A stretch of DNA of 64,000 nucleotides from Diadema antillarum. Lineage: Eukaryota. A program made the translations under genes and the position numbers. Under the pieces are notes generated by a model. That model was not told where the DNA came from and ran no database searches. It worked only from the letters and a program-made list of their open reading frames with translations. Positions 1 to 13,904 of this stretch are shown here, in pieces (the first letter of the stretch is position 1; each line of letters begins with the position of its first letter). The stretch is taken from NCBI RefSeq assembly GCF_040938485.1, contig NW_027272512.1, positions 1 to 64,000 of the forward strand, in the 5' to 3' direction.

Positions 1-2523
1 GTTTTTCTCAGCACCAGGTTGCATGGCTTCCCCTTTAATAAGAATGTACACAATCAAAAAAAAAAAGGAAAACAGAAAGAAAGAAAAAAAAAAACAGATC
101 TTTGATTATGAAAGTGTCTTTTGAGTTGGCTCAAAGATTCTAGAGCAATTACAAGGAAAGACGCATTAAAATCAAACAAATGTTGAAGAACCCCATCATA
201 CTTTCAGACAAATTTCTCAATGGTGCTGAGTGGGTTAAACCATTACGTGAAGTCAACTTAAAAGTGCTTTGTATCAAACTGGAGCAACCTGCTTGCTCAG
301 TTGGTAAAAGAAACAAACATGATTAAATTTAAGAAACTTTGAGGACACATTTAACAACAAGTGAGATGGCATAAATTGTTACGTTTATTTAAACTTTCTC
401 TGTAGACTTATCGAGAGCATCTCAAAGTCATTGTGTCATGGCCTGGATGGGGGTTCCATCTTTGGTAGATTTGAGAAAGCAATCTTGGCAATAATGGTAT
501 GAGTTTGGGACAGCCATTCGTGCATTAGCATAACAAAAACAGCTACCATATTGCTGATTTATTAACACATGCTTATCTTCTTTCTTTTCTGTCTTTAATG
601 GGGGAGGGATGATGCCTCCTGCTCCTTGTATCAGACTATTTAAACAGATAGTACCAAATTAAACACACACAAAAAAGAGAGAAAAGAATAAGAAAAAAAA
701 AGACTCATCAGAACAACAAATGGGCTTAATATGTACTGCACTCACTGAATGGGAATAGAATACATTGTACTTCTACCACTAGTACACTCTACTGGCCATA
801 TTCAGTACATCAGCTTTAACGGTGAGTTCATCAGCATCAATATGGGGTCACTGATCTATTCCACCCACTCATGTTTGGCTCGTAACGTTGGCAGCAAAAG
901 GTGCTTTGATCTCCTCAGGAAAGCACTTTATCATAGCCACACACTTCCCTGACCCACTGAACAGAACTGGTCTTTCATCTATAAATTGTGCACACAGGCA
1001 TCTACCAAGCACTCTCACCAGTCCTTATTTTCTCAGTCCTAACTCCCTTTCCTGAAAAAAAAAAAAAAAAAACGAAAAAAAAAACCTTATGCACAGGGAT
1101 GGTATGATGCACTGTCTATTAAAACAAATACGAGTGTACATTATACACAGAGGTTTCCAAACAAAATTCATTTTGTCATTTCTTACTGGCCTGTCCAAAC
1201 ATACCCATCCTGTGTCACCAAGAAAACCTGGACACTACGCTGTCACAGAAACCATAGGGACACAGCTCTGGTGGTCACTTTTCTCACACTGGGCAATGCA
1301 AATGCCAAGCTTCGCTACCAAGGTGTATGGTTGTGTTCACACTCGGCAAATATTCTCATAATCAAGCATCTAGTTCCTCGTTTAGGTAATTAAAATGCAT
1401 TTAAAAGAAAACTCCCAACAGCTCCCAAAAACTCAGAAGTTCCAGGAAAATTGGTTCTTTAGAGAATTTCTCTCTTTGCTGGCAATCTTTCTGCACTCCC
1501 CCTTTTTTTTTTTTTTTTGACATTTGCAGGACTGATAACATCCATCTACCAAAATTAAGAAGGTTCCAAAAAATCTCCTTCAAAATAACTTCCCAAAGAT
1601 AAGATTTGCACTGTGAATACAGCTCATGATGCAGTACTGTGCACTACATTCTTACTTTTCCATGCACAATGAAAGATTTATATTTTGAGGTTCTGTTACC
1701 CGAACGATGGCCTTGTCATAATTTTGATATGCTTCCCTTTTGCCATAATGCAGGAAGTTTCTAATACAGTACAATATAATGTCCCTGACTACCCTGGTAC
1801 AGTATACTGAGAAGTTAATCAAAATGGACAGACATACAGGTATCTGTAACATATCATCCAATCTAAGATTGTAAATCTTAGAATTGATAATCAGTTTTAA
1901 TTCTTACAGATGCTAGAAAGACATTTGGGTGAGTGACATTATTAAGTACTCGAGAGATTCTATGCCAACTAGCAATGAGTATGGCTTACTTGGTTTAGCA
2001 GTGAATGAGTCATTCACTTGGCTAAATGTCAAATCTTTTCTTAACTCTGAAATTGTTTTGGGCATCGATGCAAAGTTCCACTGTTTTGCTGACATGGTGG
2101 TACATGTACGGCTAAATTGTCAAAGTAAATATTCCCACTCTCGTTTGTGGTTAGACTCTGAGATTAGTATTATGATTGAATTGCACAGATGGTCTAGCAA
2201 ATGCAATGCAAACTAACAAAATACATCAATCTTATCACATCCATACCATTACCAATGGCTGCATTAAGCTCACATCTAAATCACAAATAAAGGAAATCAG
2301 AATGAAATATTGCTTTTAGTTAAAGACTGTGCATACATGTAAGAGCCATTTGAGGCTCCAATTCAAATTATGCACTTCGTCAGAAGTACGTAATTTAAGA
2401 CCTAAATGTAGATATCTCAAAGTCACTAAACAAAACTGCACCAAAATCACAGGATCTGTTCTCGGAAAACATCAATATGAACATCAGCATGTTGTCCCTT
2501 TTTAGAACAGACTCACTCTTAAC

Positions 2524-4195
2524 CAGTGGCGTATTTAGGAAAAACGGCGCCCGGGGCAAGCACGAAAATTGCGCCCCTAATTTCTGAAAAAGTGTTCAAC
2601 CCCAACCCCATCCCGGTAGGGACTTTAAACAAAGTCCACATGATACGCTTTTTCAAGCACTTAAAAGGGGTCTTTTGAGGGTGATTTAAATGTAATGAAT
2701 TTTGATAAATTTTGGCGAGCGAGCGCAGCGAGCGAGCTGAAAATTTTGGTATTTCAGCTTACAAAACATGGAATTCTTGTCATTTTTTGCTAATCAAATC
2801 TTACCAAATCAAGATATAGTGACGGCCTTATAGATAACGATTTATGAGCAACAAACTGCATGAGGAATTTAAAAAGTACTCCAAGTTAGTACGCGCGTGT
2901 TAGCCGAAATTTGTATATTTCTACGTCATCATCACGTTTTGTTCTTATCTCTTTTTTCTTTTTTTTTGGATAAATTTTGGCCAGCGAGCTCAGCGAGCGA
3001 GCCGAAAATTTTTGTATTTCAGCTTACGAAACATGGAATTCTTGTCATTTCTTGCTCATTAAATCTTACAATTCTAATCAAGATATAGTGACGACTTTAT
3101 AGATAACGATTTATATCAAGAAACTGAGGACTTATAATACTAGTACGAGTGAGTGAGCCGAAATTTGTATATTTCCGCGTGATCATTACGTTTTGCTCTT
3201 ACCTTTTTTTATTTGTTTTTTTTTTTTGCGCCCCCCCATATGTTTGAAACCGTTGTCATCCTCTCTTGATACAATCGGCGATTGCTTCAGAATGAATGAA
3301 ATTGCAACCGCTGCTCCGTGTAACATTTTTCCTGCTTAATATAAAATGACATGTGTGAACACAATAGACATTGTCATTTTGTGTGCTTCATCGTCACGTT
3401 TTGTTCTTATCTTCTTCTCTTTTTTTTAAAATAAATTTTGGCGAGTGAGCGCAGCGAGCGAGCCGAAAATTGTGTATTTCAGCTTACAAAACACTGAATT
3501 CTTGTCATTTTTTGCTTATTTAATCTTACAATTCTAATCAAGATATAGTGACGGCCTTATAGATAACAATGTATACCAACAAACTGTGGACTTGAAAAAA
3601 ATACTCTAAATTGTACGAGTGAGCCGAAATTTGCATATTTCCGCATCACATATACGTTTTGTTCTTAACTTGCAACCGTTGGCGCCTTCTTTTGATCCAA
3701 TTGGCGATTGCTTCAGAACGAAAGAAATTGCAGCCGCTGCTCCGTGAAACATTTTGCCTGCTTAATATAAAATGACATGTGTGAACATAATAGACATTGT
3801 CATTTTGTCCGCGTGATCATCACGTTTTGTTCTTACCTTCTTTATTGATATAAATTTTGGCGTGCGAACGCAGCGAGCGAGCCGAAAATTTGTGTATTTC
3901 AGTTGACAGAACATGGAATTCTTGTGTGAACACAATAAACATTGTCATTTTGTCCGCATCATCATCATGTTTTGTTTAAATTATCATGTTTGATTTGGTT
4001 TTCTGCCCCCCCCCCACACCATTCTTCCTCCCCCCCCCCCCCCCCCCCCCCCCTTCCGGGCGAGTTTTTTATTTCTTCTTCTTCTTCTTCTTCGTTTTTT
4101 TCTTTTTCTTCTTTTTTTCCCCGTTTTTTGCGCCCCCAAGGGGTGGCGCCCAGGGCACGTGCCCCCTTGCCCCCCCCCCCCTAGATACGCCACTG
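2524..4195. mobile_element. Non-autonomous hAT-type DNA transposon, 1672 bp
   Basis: TIRs CAGTGGCGTATTTAG / CTAGATACGCCACTG; exact 8-bp TSD CTCTTAAC at 2516-2523 and 4196-4203; no transposase ORF; internal repeated modules. Confidence 0.9.
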
Positions 4196-4282
4196 CTCTT
4201 AACAAGAGATTGCAGCATACGCTGCCTGCACAATCTGAAACTGAAATTAACCGTTAACATTATGTGATGTATCATTCAAGCA

Positions 4283-4473
4283 CAGTGCAATCCTGTTATA
4301 TCGAACACGATTATAACGAAATTCCAGTTACAACAAAGTGTAAATTCCAGCCGCAATGTTATCCACTCTATGTATTCTTATTGTTTATTTGTTTGGTTAT
4401 ATTATAACGAAATTTCGATATAATGAAAGAAAACTGCAGGTCCCAAGGATTTCTTTATAATGGGAGTCCACTG
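4283..4473. mobile_element. Tc1/mariner-pogo(Tigger)-like MITE, about 190 bp
   Basis: Ends CAGTGCAATCCTGTTATA / TATAATGGGAGTCCACTG followed by TA; same family as 32918-33103 in the opposite orientation. Confidence 0.8.
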
Positions 4474-5855
4474 TACGGTGTATTTTGGTGAAAAGCACAT
4501 CGCCATAGTTGATAACATTTTGTACACAATACGGTACTAAAATTCTATGAAATTACTCAAAGCAAGAAAAAATGCTCAAGATTCTAACAGAATCATAAGT
4601 TCAGTGATCAATGTGGAATTTTGAAGCTTTTCCCATGAAACGTGATCGATGTCATTAAGTTGGGCGCTAAAAGTGCTGCATCTCACCACCCAGCGTCCTC
4701 GTACACAAAGCAAATGTGTGCCGAGGTAAAATACGTACAGTCCTGCGCAAACCCTTTTATGCTGGGTGGTGGTTTCAGGGCCCTGGCGATGTGTGGGCAC
4801 CTTTAGATAGATCTACCGGGTAATAAATGGGACTCCATGCAGGAGCTGCCAAAAATCAATTCGTGCAAGTGTCCCGTGGCATCCAGCACAGACAGCATGT
4901 AAGCCCTAGAATAAAATGCTGTGTAAAGAAATCTCCACCTGTGCGTGTGCAAGCTCACTCTGAAAATACCAAAGTTTGCATGGCTTGAGAATAGTAATTT
5001 TGAATAGAGAGTCTATAAAAATGCACAAGATGTCAGACTTCAGCTCATGGTGCTGATTCGTGCATGAAAAGGTGAGAGCCACGAAAAAAAAAAAAAAAAA
5101 AAACATGTAAAATTTTGATTGGGATCAGGCCAATAGGTGCGGCAGCCCTGCACTGAGTGAACCCACTGGCACCCTAGGCAGAAAGATCTGTCTGTCTGGA
5201 GGAGTCTTTTAATTTTTTACGTTATCGGTTCTCGGGATTCCATGAAGCCAAACGCAGCCTCTGCGGAACAGATCCCCAACAACCAGATACAGATTGATCT
5301 CTCGGTCAACTGGCGCCTGTGTTTCAATGGGTTGCTGCACATCGGTTGATTAAAACTTGATTTATCCTAGATCTTTGTCAAAAAGTGCAGACAGAATATT
5401 TTTTTTTTTCATCATGGAGAGTGGAAATGTGTGTGTGTAGACCCTCATTGTGAGAAGTTGCAACATATCGAGATGGATGAGAAGTAACGTCAGTTACCAT
5501 ATGGTCGCCACTTGTGTGTATTTCCTATGCACACCCGGTTGGCGAACTAACGATAGGCACTGAATTAGTTCGCCGCCCATAGCGCGCCATGTGATACGTA
5601 TCATCAATGTGTTATACACAATCTTCAATGTAGGAATAACGATGCATTGTGCATCATCACGTTTGAAAAACTTTGTTGATCTGCCACTAACCCCAGTGCA
5701 GGGCACTGTAACCAGTGCCCCGACGACTTGTATGCAATTTACTGTTTAGTGAAGTAATCAAGTGCACTGCAATGCTTGCAATTCTGTAAACAACTCATCG
5801 TTCAAAACGACACTTGGTAGGATGGATGGAGGGGCGGTATGTATACCCAGTCACT

Positions 5856-6581
5856 GGGTGATTTCAAGTTCGGTGCTAGTGTTAGTGCTAGTGCTAGCCC
5901 ACGAATAATAGCGTTAAATCGAGCTCCAACACCGACGGTCAGATTAACGAGGCGATACCGATCAAAATTATCGATCACCAGCACTAGGTGTTGGAATCAC
6001 AGCACCGCGAGCTCCGCGGTAATTGCGCGACGAAAAAAGTTATTGCGCGTGATTACAGTCAAATATTAAAAGATGTAGACAAAATTGCTTAGTTTTAGAG
6101 ACATAGTGAGGAAGTCATATTAAAATGCCACAAATTTCATCCACTCCCCAAAATACAACTATCTTAATTTTGCTCCCAGGCTCAGATTTATGAAGCCATG
6201 TCGAGAGTGTTCGTGTACGTTTCGTGGGCGACCACTGTATTAGCATAGACTTTGCACGTAAAACGTGCATCTATTATGGACGTGAATAAGAGTCTCGCAC
6301 GGCAACGCTAACACCAGCACCGAACTTGAAATGACGAAAATGTTAATCCCTAGGGGCTAGTGTTAGTCAATGGCGAAAAAGCACGTAAATCGCTAACACA
6401 AACGGTGGAGCTCGGTTCAGCAGACGACATTCAACACCGAGCCAAACACCAGCAACCGGAAATACGTCATAATTTTGAGGTCAACTCCCAACACCGACGT
6501 GATTTCAAGTTCGGTTTTATCGCCGGTGCTAGTGCTATCTCAGCACTAGCACTAGCACTAGCACCGAACTTGAAATCACCC
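5856..6581. mobile_element. TIR element (MITE; superfamily uncertain, GGG termini)
   Basis: GGGTGATTTCAAGTTCGGTGCTAGTG at the left end and its exact reverse complement at the right, with (GCTAGT)n subterminal repeats; no clear TSD. Confidence 0.75.
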
Positions 6582-9500
6582 ATTGGGTGTCCGGACAGGC
6601 TGTGGGACTGGACGCGTACTGTAAAGTGCATCTGATTTGACATTGACACGCCTACGTAAACAGTTGTTTGTCAGTGAGGAGCTGTGCGTAAATGCGTATT
6701 CAAAGTAAAATAAGCAAGTCAGTACGCGAGAGTCTTAAATGTCTGGACACCCAACCCCCCATCCTACCCGCACCACACACGCACATCACACACGGAGGCA
6801 ACATCAGTGCAACATCCATCCCTTCACAGCCCGTACCACACATCAGAGCTAACCCTCTGTTAAACGTTAGAGCAGTTCCACCACAGCTGCACAGCTAACA
6901 TTCATTCATAGATAGAATTAGAAACCAACACTACACTAGTCACTACACTACAGCACAGCCTAGTTGGTAGGGTAGACTGAGTATCAGTATCACTACCAGT
7001 CTCTTAGACCGTTTTTATAGATATGCTATGCCACCATATCATGATTGATTAATTCAATGGCAATGCACAATAACAGTTGTTAGAATCTAACACTCGAACA
7101 GCTAACGTTACAGTTACACTAACTAGTCTAAACGTCTTTGCACACCATCAGTTTTACTAGATGTGGTGTCTATGCGACGAAGGTCTACCGGTGTACTACA
7201 GGTAAAGTTAAACCGTTAAACCAATCATCACGATCATCTATAAACCGGCATCTCGTAATCTGTGATTTAATGTAAGTTCGCTTTGGAGTGAAGCAAGATT
7301 TAAATTCTAATAATATCTACAGCATATTCCAAGTGGCCTACACAGAGAATACATACATCATGAGGGTCTTTGACGTCGAATTGTGTAGCTGAAGCGTCTA
7401 ATAGACGTTTCTCTTGGGCGGCCCCCGACCCTGGCATCCTCTCGCATTCTCCGGTTACTACACGTTTAGCGACGATGGAACCCACGGCTTGGATACCGGT
7501 TACGCTTCTCAAATATTAATGAATAAAAAATCTACTAACCTGCGCACAGTAGATATAGCAACCAGGTTCAAGCTCTCTCGCTCCTCGACCCCGCCTCTTC
7601 AATTTTTTTCCTCTACGCGCTTGGCTCTCTGAGCATGCACAACCTTCGTGACAATTTTTGCTACCAGGATTCCCCGTTTTCTCGCACTCTGTACTGTGTG
7701 TATGATGAGAACAATCACCACGCGACTTGGACTTTGCCCATCTCCAGCATCCGTATGTCATCATCAAACACAAACGTGCGTGACGCCCTCAATGTGCCTT
7801 GAGATTTGTACGCACCGTCCAGCGTGCGAACGCGCGCGTACGTTCGTGCTATGAACACAGCGAAACGCGAAGAAAAAAATGGGAAGCTTCGACATTGTGC
7901 TATACTACCTTTAATCAAACTTGAAATCAAAATGTACTTTTAGTACTTTAGCTCAATACAAGTGAACTTCGTTGTCATCATATCAGGTGGAATACAACTC
8001 TGACGTGTAAAAGTGGGCGTTGAAAAATGCAACCAATCACAAGGTAGAAAATCTAATATTATTAGGTCAATCTAGTCAATCTAGTCAACTCCTCCTGTGC
8101 GTCTTTTACCTGCACTGCTTTAGCCCCGTAGGCCCCTAAAAATAATGAGGATGGGCGAGTTGGGGGTAGGATAGCTTTGAGATCCCCAAATGCAAATGGG
8201 GCTCCATTTCATGGAAAACTTGTTGTGATATAATGTGATATCCATATAAAGGTGCTCTTGATGTCATGCTATGTCAGGTGTCATGGTAATAAGGATCCCA
8301 CTTCCTTCCTGATTGGCTGTTGCTACAAGCAGTTGTTATTCTAGCAAGATCGCTATGAAAGCATGAAAAGTATAGATGACAGGTTGGATTCCTGCTGTTA
8401 TAAAATAAATGTAGATCAGCAGTTGTGAAATTTATTGTGTGCAGAGAGAGACAAATTGAAGAAAACTCATTGCCCAAGAATTGCTGTAATTGTCTTTTAG
8501 TGAAATGAAACCGTGAGAAACCTCGTACTGTGGGTATATTTATGCTTGTATATACAGCAATATTGCAAAGTTACAGAGTAAAATCACCCATAATGAGCTG
8601 AGCTGATGATAATAACTTTTTTTCTCGAAATAACAAGTTCCAACTTTTGAAAATTGTTGACATACAGATTTCCTTTGAGTCTTTCTGAGTGAAGATCTTC
8701 ATGTAATACATTACATGGGGAGTTTCCTCAGTTATTATTATGCTTATAGTTACATGGCTTACTATTACAGATTGAGCAAAATCAGAAATATTTGTGTGAT
8801 TCAGTAAAAGTTTGAGGAATGAAAGGCAATTCGTTCAGAAGTTTTTACGATTAATTCATTCTATGTCTCTTATAAATATGTGCCTCCTTTCTAGATATCA
8901 TATAGATATAATGCTTGACGTTTCACAGGCTTAAAAATCAATTACACATTTTGATCTTTTATTGAGGTAAGGGTCAAGTGACAAAGGGTATTAATGTTCG
9001 TTTTCCCGAACGTTCGTTATTCGGCGTACGCAACAAACAAATTCCGTATCGAAATTACAACTTTTTTATCGCCGAACGTTCGTTAATCCCAAATGAAAAT
9101 ATGAAGTTTCTTAATCCGATGACAAAGGGTGCGTACTGACGAACCTTAATAGGGCCTATTTAATTTTGGGATAAACGAATCTTCATTTTATACGAACTGA
9201 TCCCAGGACAAGTGCTATACTCTCACGCACGCATTCTGAAGGGTTAAGCCCCAATTGCGCTCGAATTCGAGTGCAATTATATACTCACATTGAAAATATC
9301 AGACAAAAAAAAATATCCCTGATTAAAGTTTCATTAAGGTCGTACTATGTAGAGTAAGCAAGTGGTGGAATGTTTAATGCTCACATAATGTCACCAAAAT
9401 ACGATATCGGGAGCAACCATGCACTTGACATGAAACAAAAAGAGAAAGTCGCCCGCCATATTTTACGCGAGGAGTCAAAGCAGGTGAAATGGGTTAAGCT

Positions 9501-11115
9501 AAAGTTAATCTTTATCATTAATAATGAAAGAGCAAATTCTTCTTCAATACGTAGTTGTAAAGTTTTGGATAAAACGTATGGGTTTTTTTTTTTTTTTGGT
9601 ATTTTTTTCTATAAAACACTATTCTTTGTTTGCAGAATTGCATGTGTGAATATAGGTTTGTCTGCTAAGGGGCCCCTTGAAATGACGATGCTATAGTTTT
9701 GAAAGTTGGCATAAGTCGCGAATAGAATGTGCTTGGAATGTGCAAAATTTCAGCTTAATCTGATTATCCCTTCATTGTGGTTGCTATTTTTGTGGGCGTA
9801 TACATCCTGTTTTTGCCCAATTTATTGCAGGGAGCACAGTTTGCATGGTGAGATAGCCCTTGAATAGACCCTTTATTCTCTTGTCTCAATATAAACAATT
9901 TTCCAGAGTGACTAGGTCCTACTTTATATGTCATTATAAGATAGTAGGAAAGGCCATTTTGTATTGAGTTAAACATCACCATTCTGAGAGTCTGCTCGTG
10001 CAGGATCTGTTAACTAAAAATCCATGTCAGGTAATTTTCTGTTGGTTATAATTATTATGATGTAATAGGATCATAAAATGTATGCGAAAATTGGCGGGAA
10101 GTAATATAACTTTCTTTGTTATATTTTTTTTTTCAGCAATGACATGACATTATGCTTGGTGTTTTGCTACTTTTTGCAACTATATATTCTTGCCAATTCG
10201 TAAATAGATGGAAATGTGGCAATATTTAGAATGTGTGTATAGAAAAAAAATAGTGTCTGACTATTGTTTTAACTTTGTGTCATTGAACTAACATGATTAC
10301 AATCTGTTCAGCGTATACTGTTTCTTCGGTTATATCCTGGGTTCTTCTTTGTTTTTAATACATAATTTTCCTCAGTAGATAATGTTGATTTGAATATTCA
10401 CCTATAGTGATGAAATACGATGTCATCAACTCCGTCGACCCCATCGACTGTCCGTAAATCCTCACTATATTCCTTCTTTCAAGTGAAATTAGATCAAACA
10501 AAAATATTGATATCATTATTTTGTATAATGAAATGAGTAATGTGCACTTGTTTTATGCATAGAGGTCTATGGCATCGATGATTTTTAGAGGGGGTGGGTA
10601 TAGATCTAGAGTATACAATCGACCAGGAGCATGATTGTTATGATTATTGTTCTCCATGGGGACACTAATGGGAGAGGTTTTCCGGGGGCCCTGACCCCGG
10701 GTCTGTCGAAATACATATAGCGAATGAAAACATAATAGATGAAAAGAGGTTGATTGATATGTCAGGTGCGAAGGGGAGGCGTGACATTGAGGGAGAACAA
10801 ACACAATAGAACAAAACAATACAGTAATGCCGTGTTGCGCCACTGAAATTTCAATGTTTGGACATATTAATATGCAGTGACGGACAGTGTTGACAAAGAC
10901 TGGCAGTAAAGAAAGACGAGTCATCCAATGAGACAATGAGTGTCCTCTGATTCTAAAACTTTGAGACTATAGTATAACCTATTCAATGACAACACACGCG
11001 CGCAAACACACACACACACACAAAACAAACAAACAAACACACAAACCTATATGATTATGTATTATGTATATATACACGTAATATACTTTGTATATAATAT
11101 ATATATGTACAGATG

Positions 11116-11118
<3 letters not shown>

Positions 11119-11169
<51 letters not shown>
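11119..11169. repeat. (TA)n microsatellite
   Basis: Direct reading. Confidence 0.95.
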
Positions 11170-11171
<2 letters not shown>

Positions 11172-11285
11172 CCTTTTTGTGCTTTTGATGAAGATGGAAG
11201 TTATCTTGTCTCTCTTATCAAACGTAAGGAAACACACACGATAATATAATGTTTGATTTGCCAAGCTGTGATGAACGGACGCACA

Positions 11286-11590
11286 TCACGGGTTCCGATC
11301 GATACCCACGAGTCATAGCAGCCCATGTAATGCCGGTCTCTTGGGCCTTTTTAGCCTATGTGTCGAACTCGTGGGCCTTGTTTGCTTAGTGTCGAACTCA
11401 TGGACTTTTTTTTTACTATAATAGTGTTGGACTGGTGGGCCTTGTTTGCCTATATAAGACTCATTGTCGGGGCCTTACTTGCCACAGTGTCGAACTCATG
11501 GGCTGTATGAATCGTTGGCTGACTCAAGTTACTGTCGAACTTGTGGGCCGTATGACTCGTGGGTGTCGGTCTCGTTGGATAACCCCGTGA
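11286..11590. mobile_element. MITE with CCCACGAGTCAT / GTCGAACTCATGGG subrepeats (copy 1)
   Basis: Inverted ends (ACCCACGAGTCAT ... ATGACTCGTGGGTGTCGGTCTCG); homologous to 48508-48829. Confidence 0.7.
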
Positions 11591-13824
11591 TAGACACCCC
11601 CATTTTGTACGATATGAAATACCGCATAAACCAACTGGTCGGACATTGTATCTACTGGTCTATTATTGATATTGGACCAACACATTGCACTATTGCATTC
11701 ATTAAACTTGAAATTAAACATGATGATGATGATGAAGTCTTGTATAGCGCCGGTATCCGCCAAGTCAGGCGCTCATGGCGCTTGCTCCAAAATATATACA
11801 TAATTCAGCTTAAATTTCATATAGACCTATAATGTTTAAACTGATTCTAGAAATTAATTTCAAATCATAGTAAAATGCAAAGTCTATAGAAAAATGCCCC
11901 AAATATCGCCTCACCTCTTCAATTCGGTAAACTAAAATGGAAAAACACAATAACCGTGATTCGTTTCCACACTCGGAAATAAATCCTAATTAAAGCTAGG
12001 GGTGCGTGCAAATATGGAATTGCGGATGAGTCTTATCGGAAAAGACTGGTGGAATTGTGGAATAAAATTCCATAATATGCAAACTACACGTGTAAAGGTC
12101 CTATATAATGTCAATTTTCGGATGATATATTTAAAAAAACTCACGGTGGGAACCAAGATTTAACTCAGCGTGCATATAGTTTGGCGATATATCTTATTGT
12201 GCCTTGAGCCCTTTTTCTTACTAAGTGTCTTCATTCAGTTTTTATCGTCTATTGCCTATGATATATAATATTATCAGTTGATGCATGCATCCTCATCTTT
12301 GCTTACTTGTATCTAAAAAGGTTTTAAAACGTCCTTATAAAAATGGCGTCGAATCGATCCTCAGGATAATTTTGATTATGTTGTGGATGGTGTATGTCTG
12401 CCCCAAGACTGGCATCGATTGCTGAGAAATTCCTCAAAGTGCAAGAGCGCCCCCCCCCCCACACACACACATATTGTTTAGAATCTCCTCTAGCTATCAA
12501 AAGATATATAATATTTCTCGTTACAAACTTTATCCGTTACTTCTTCTTCCATTTCATTACAGGAATCCAGGCTCTCTAATGGATGGAAATGAACAACTGA
12601 ACTGCAGCATGACGAGAGATGGCGCAAGTACCACACGCATTCAACGCATCCATACCCATTCGGAGTACTTTAGTATTAATAATCTGAAGCCACCCTTCGA
12701 CACAATTACCACACGCTGCGATCGATGCATAGGCTCGGTCGGCCGTGAAGTTTGTATCGACTGTAAGATAGACGACATATTATCGACCAATGAAAAAAAA
12801 AATGATGATGATGATGATCCACAGCATTTGTATGGCGCCATAATAAATATCTGTTATAGAAACATTATAAAGGCGCAGACTCCTCCAAGACAGTCAGCAA
12901 TTGAATGTCCGGTGAAAATGTTGAGTTTTGAGTGAGGCTTTGAAGTGATCCAGTTTGTCAATTTCACGGAGGAAACGAAAAGAAACAAAACATAAGACTG
13001 ATAGCATAACACAACTAAAAATCACACATTCTGTAGCTTCGCTCTGTATAATGTGTGTGGCAACGAATTATTTCACCAACTATTTGCGAAGTTGGCTTGC
13101 TCTGGTCCGTGCACCATGTAAACTTGTAGGCTATCAATATGGTCATTATCAGCAAATGACTGGGTTCGTCTGTTGCTGATATCAAATCCAGTTCAATTAC
13201 ATTCGATTCGATAGCTATCATTAATTCCATCCAACAAAATCAACTGAAAAGAGTGAAAAAATATACAAGGCATATGCATCACACGAAATATGAATCCTTG
13301 TTCTAACAGTTTGTAAGAAAATAAAGCAGTGTGGATCGTAAATATGTGAAAATACACGTACAATAATAGACAGAATAACCAAGAACAGCCATGCATACTT
13401 TGGCAAGGTTGACAGAAAAGTAAGTATAGAACTTCAAGTATGGAAAAGTACGTATGGATGCAATGGTCAGGCGTTGATCTGTCTATGTCAGGATTACTTG
13501 TATGTCATTGGTAATACATCACAAGTATGTTTCAGTCGTCTATTACTGGGCAATTTTGTGCAATTAGGCATCACTTCGATTTCATAAAATAAACGTTGGA
13601 GATTTCACAAAATATCGGGCCTTTGAATAGGTCGGAAGAAAATGAGTATGGAATTTAAGTTATGGAACACGCATGTTTTTATAACAGGGGCCACCGATCC
13701 CCCGCATTTTGGGGTCTTCAAAAATAAAAAGGCAACGTTACTTTTTTAATTGAAATATTATTTCAATTATTGAAATAGAAATGTTAACGCCCATGAATTT
13801 ACAAAAGATGTTTGTCCTTCTTTT

Positions 13825-13855
13825 CACACACACACGTGTGTGTGTGTGTGTGTTT

Positions 13856-13901
<46 letters not shown>
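13825..13901. repeat. (CA)n(GT)n microsatellite
   Basis: Direct reading. Confidence 0.95.

Positions 13902-13904
<3 letters not shown>

Noticed and set aside
8995-9200. GTTCGTTATTCG-type repeats here and at about 53240-53360
   Set aside because: Probably degenerate fragments of a common MITE; the termini could not be defined, so no feature was called.
12474-12935. 153-aa ORF containing CDRC...CIDC
   Set aside because: TTG start, passes through A-run and (GAT)n low complexity, no splice context or recognisable domain; probably chance.
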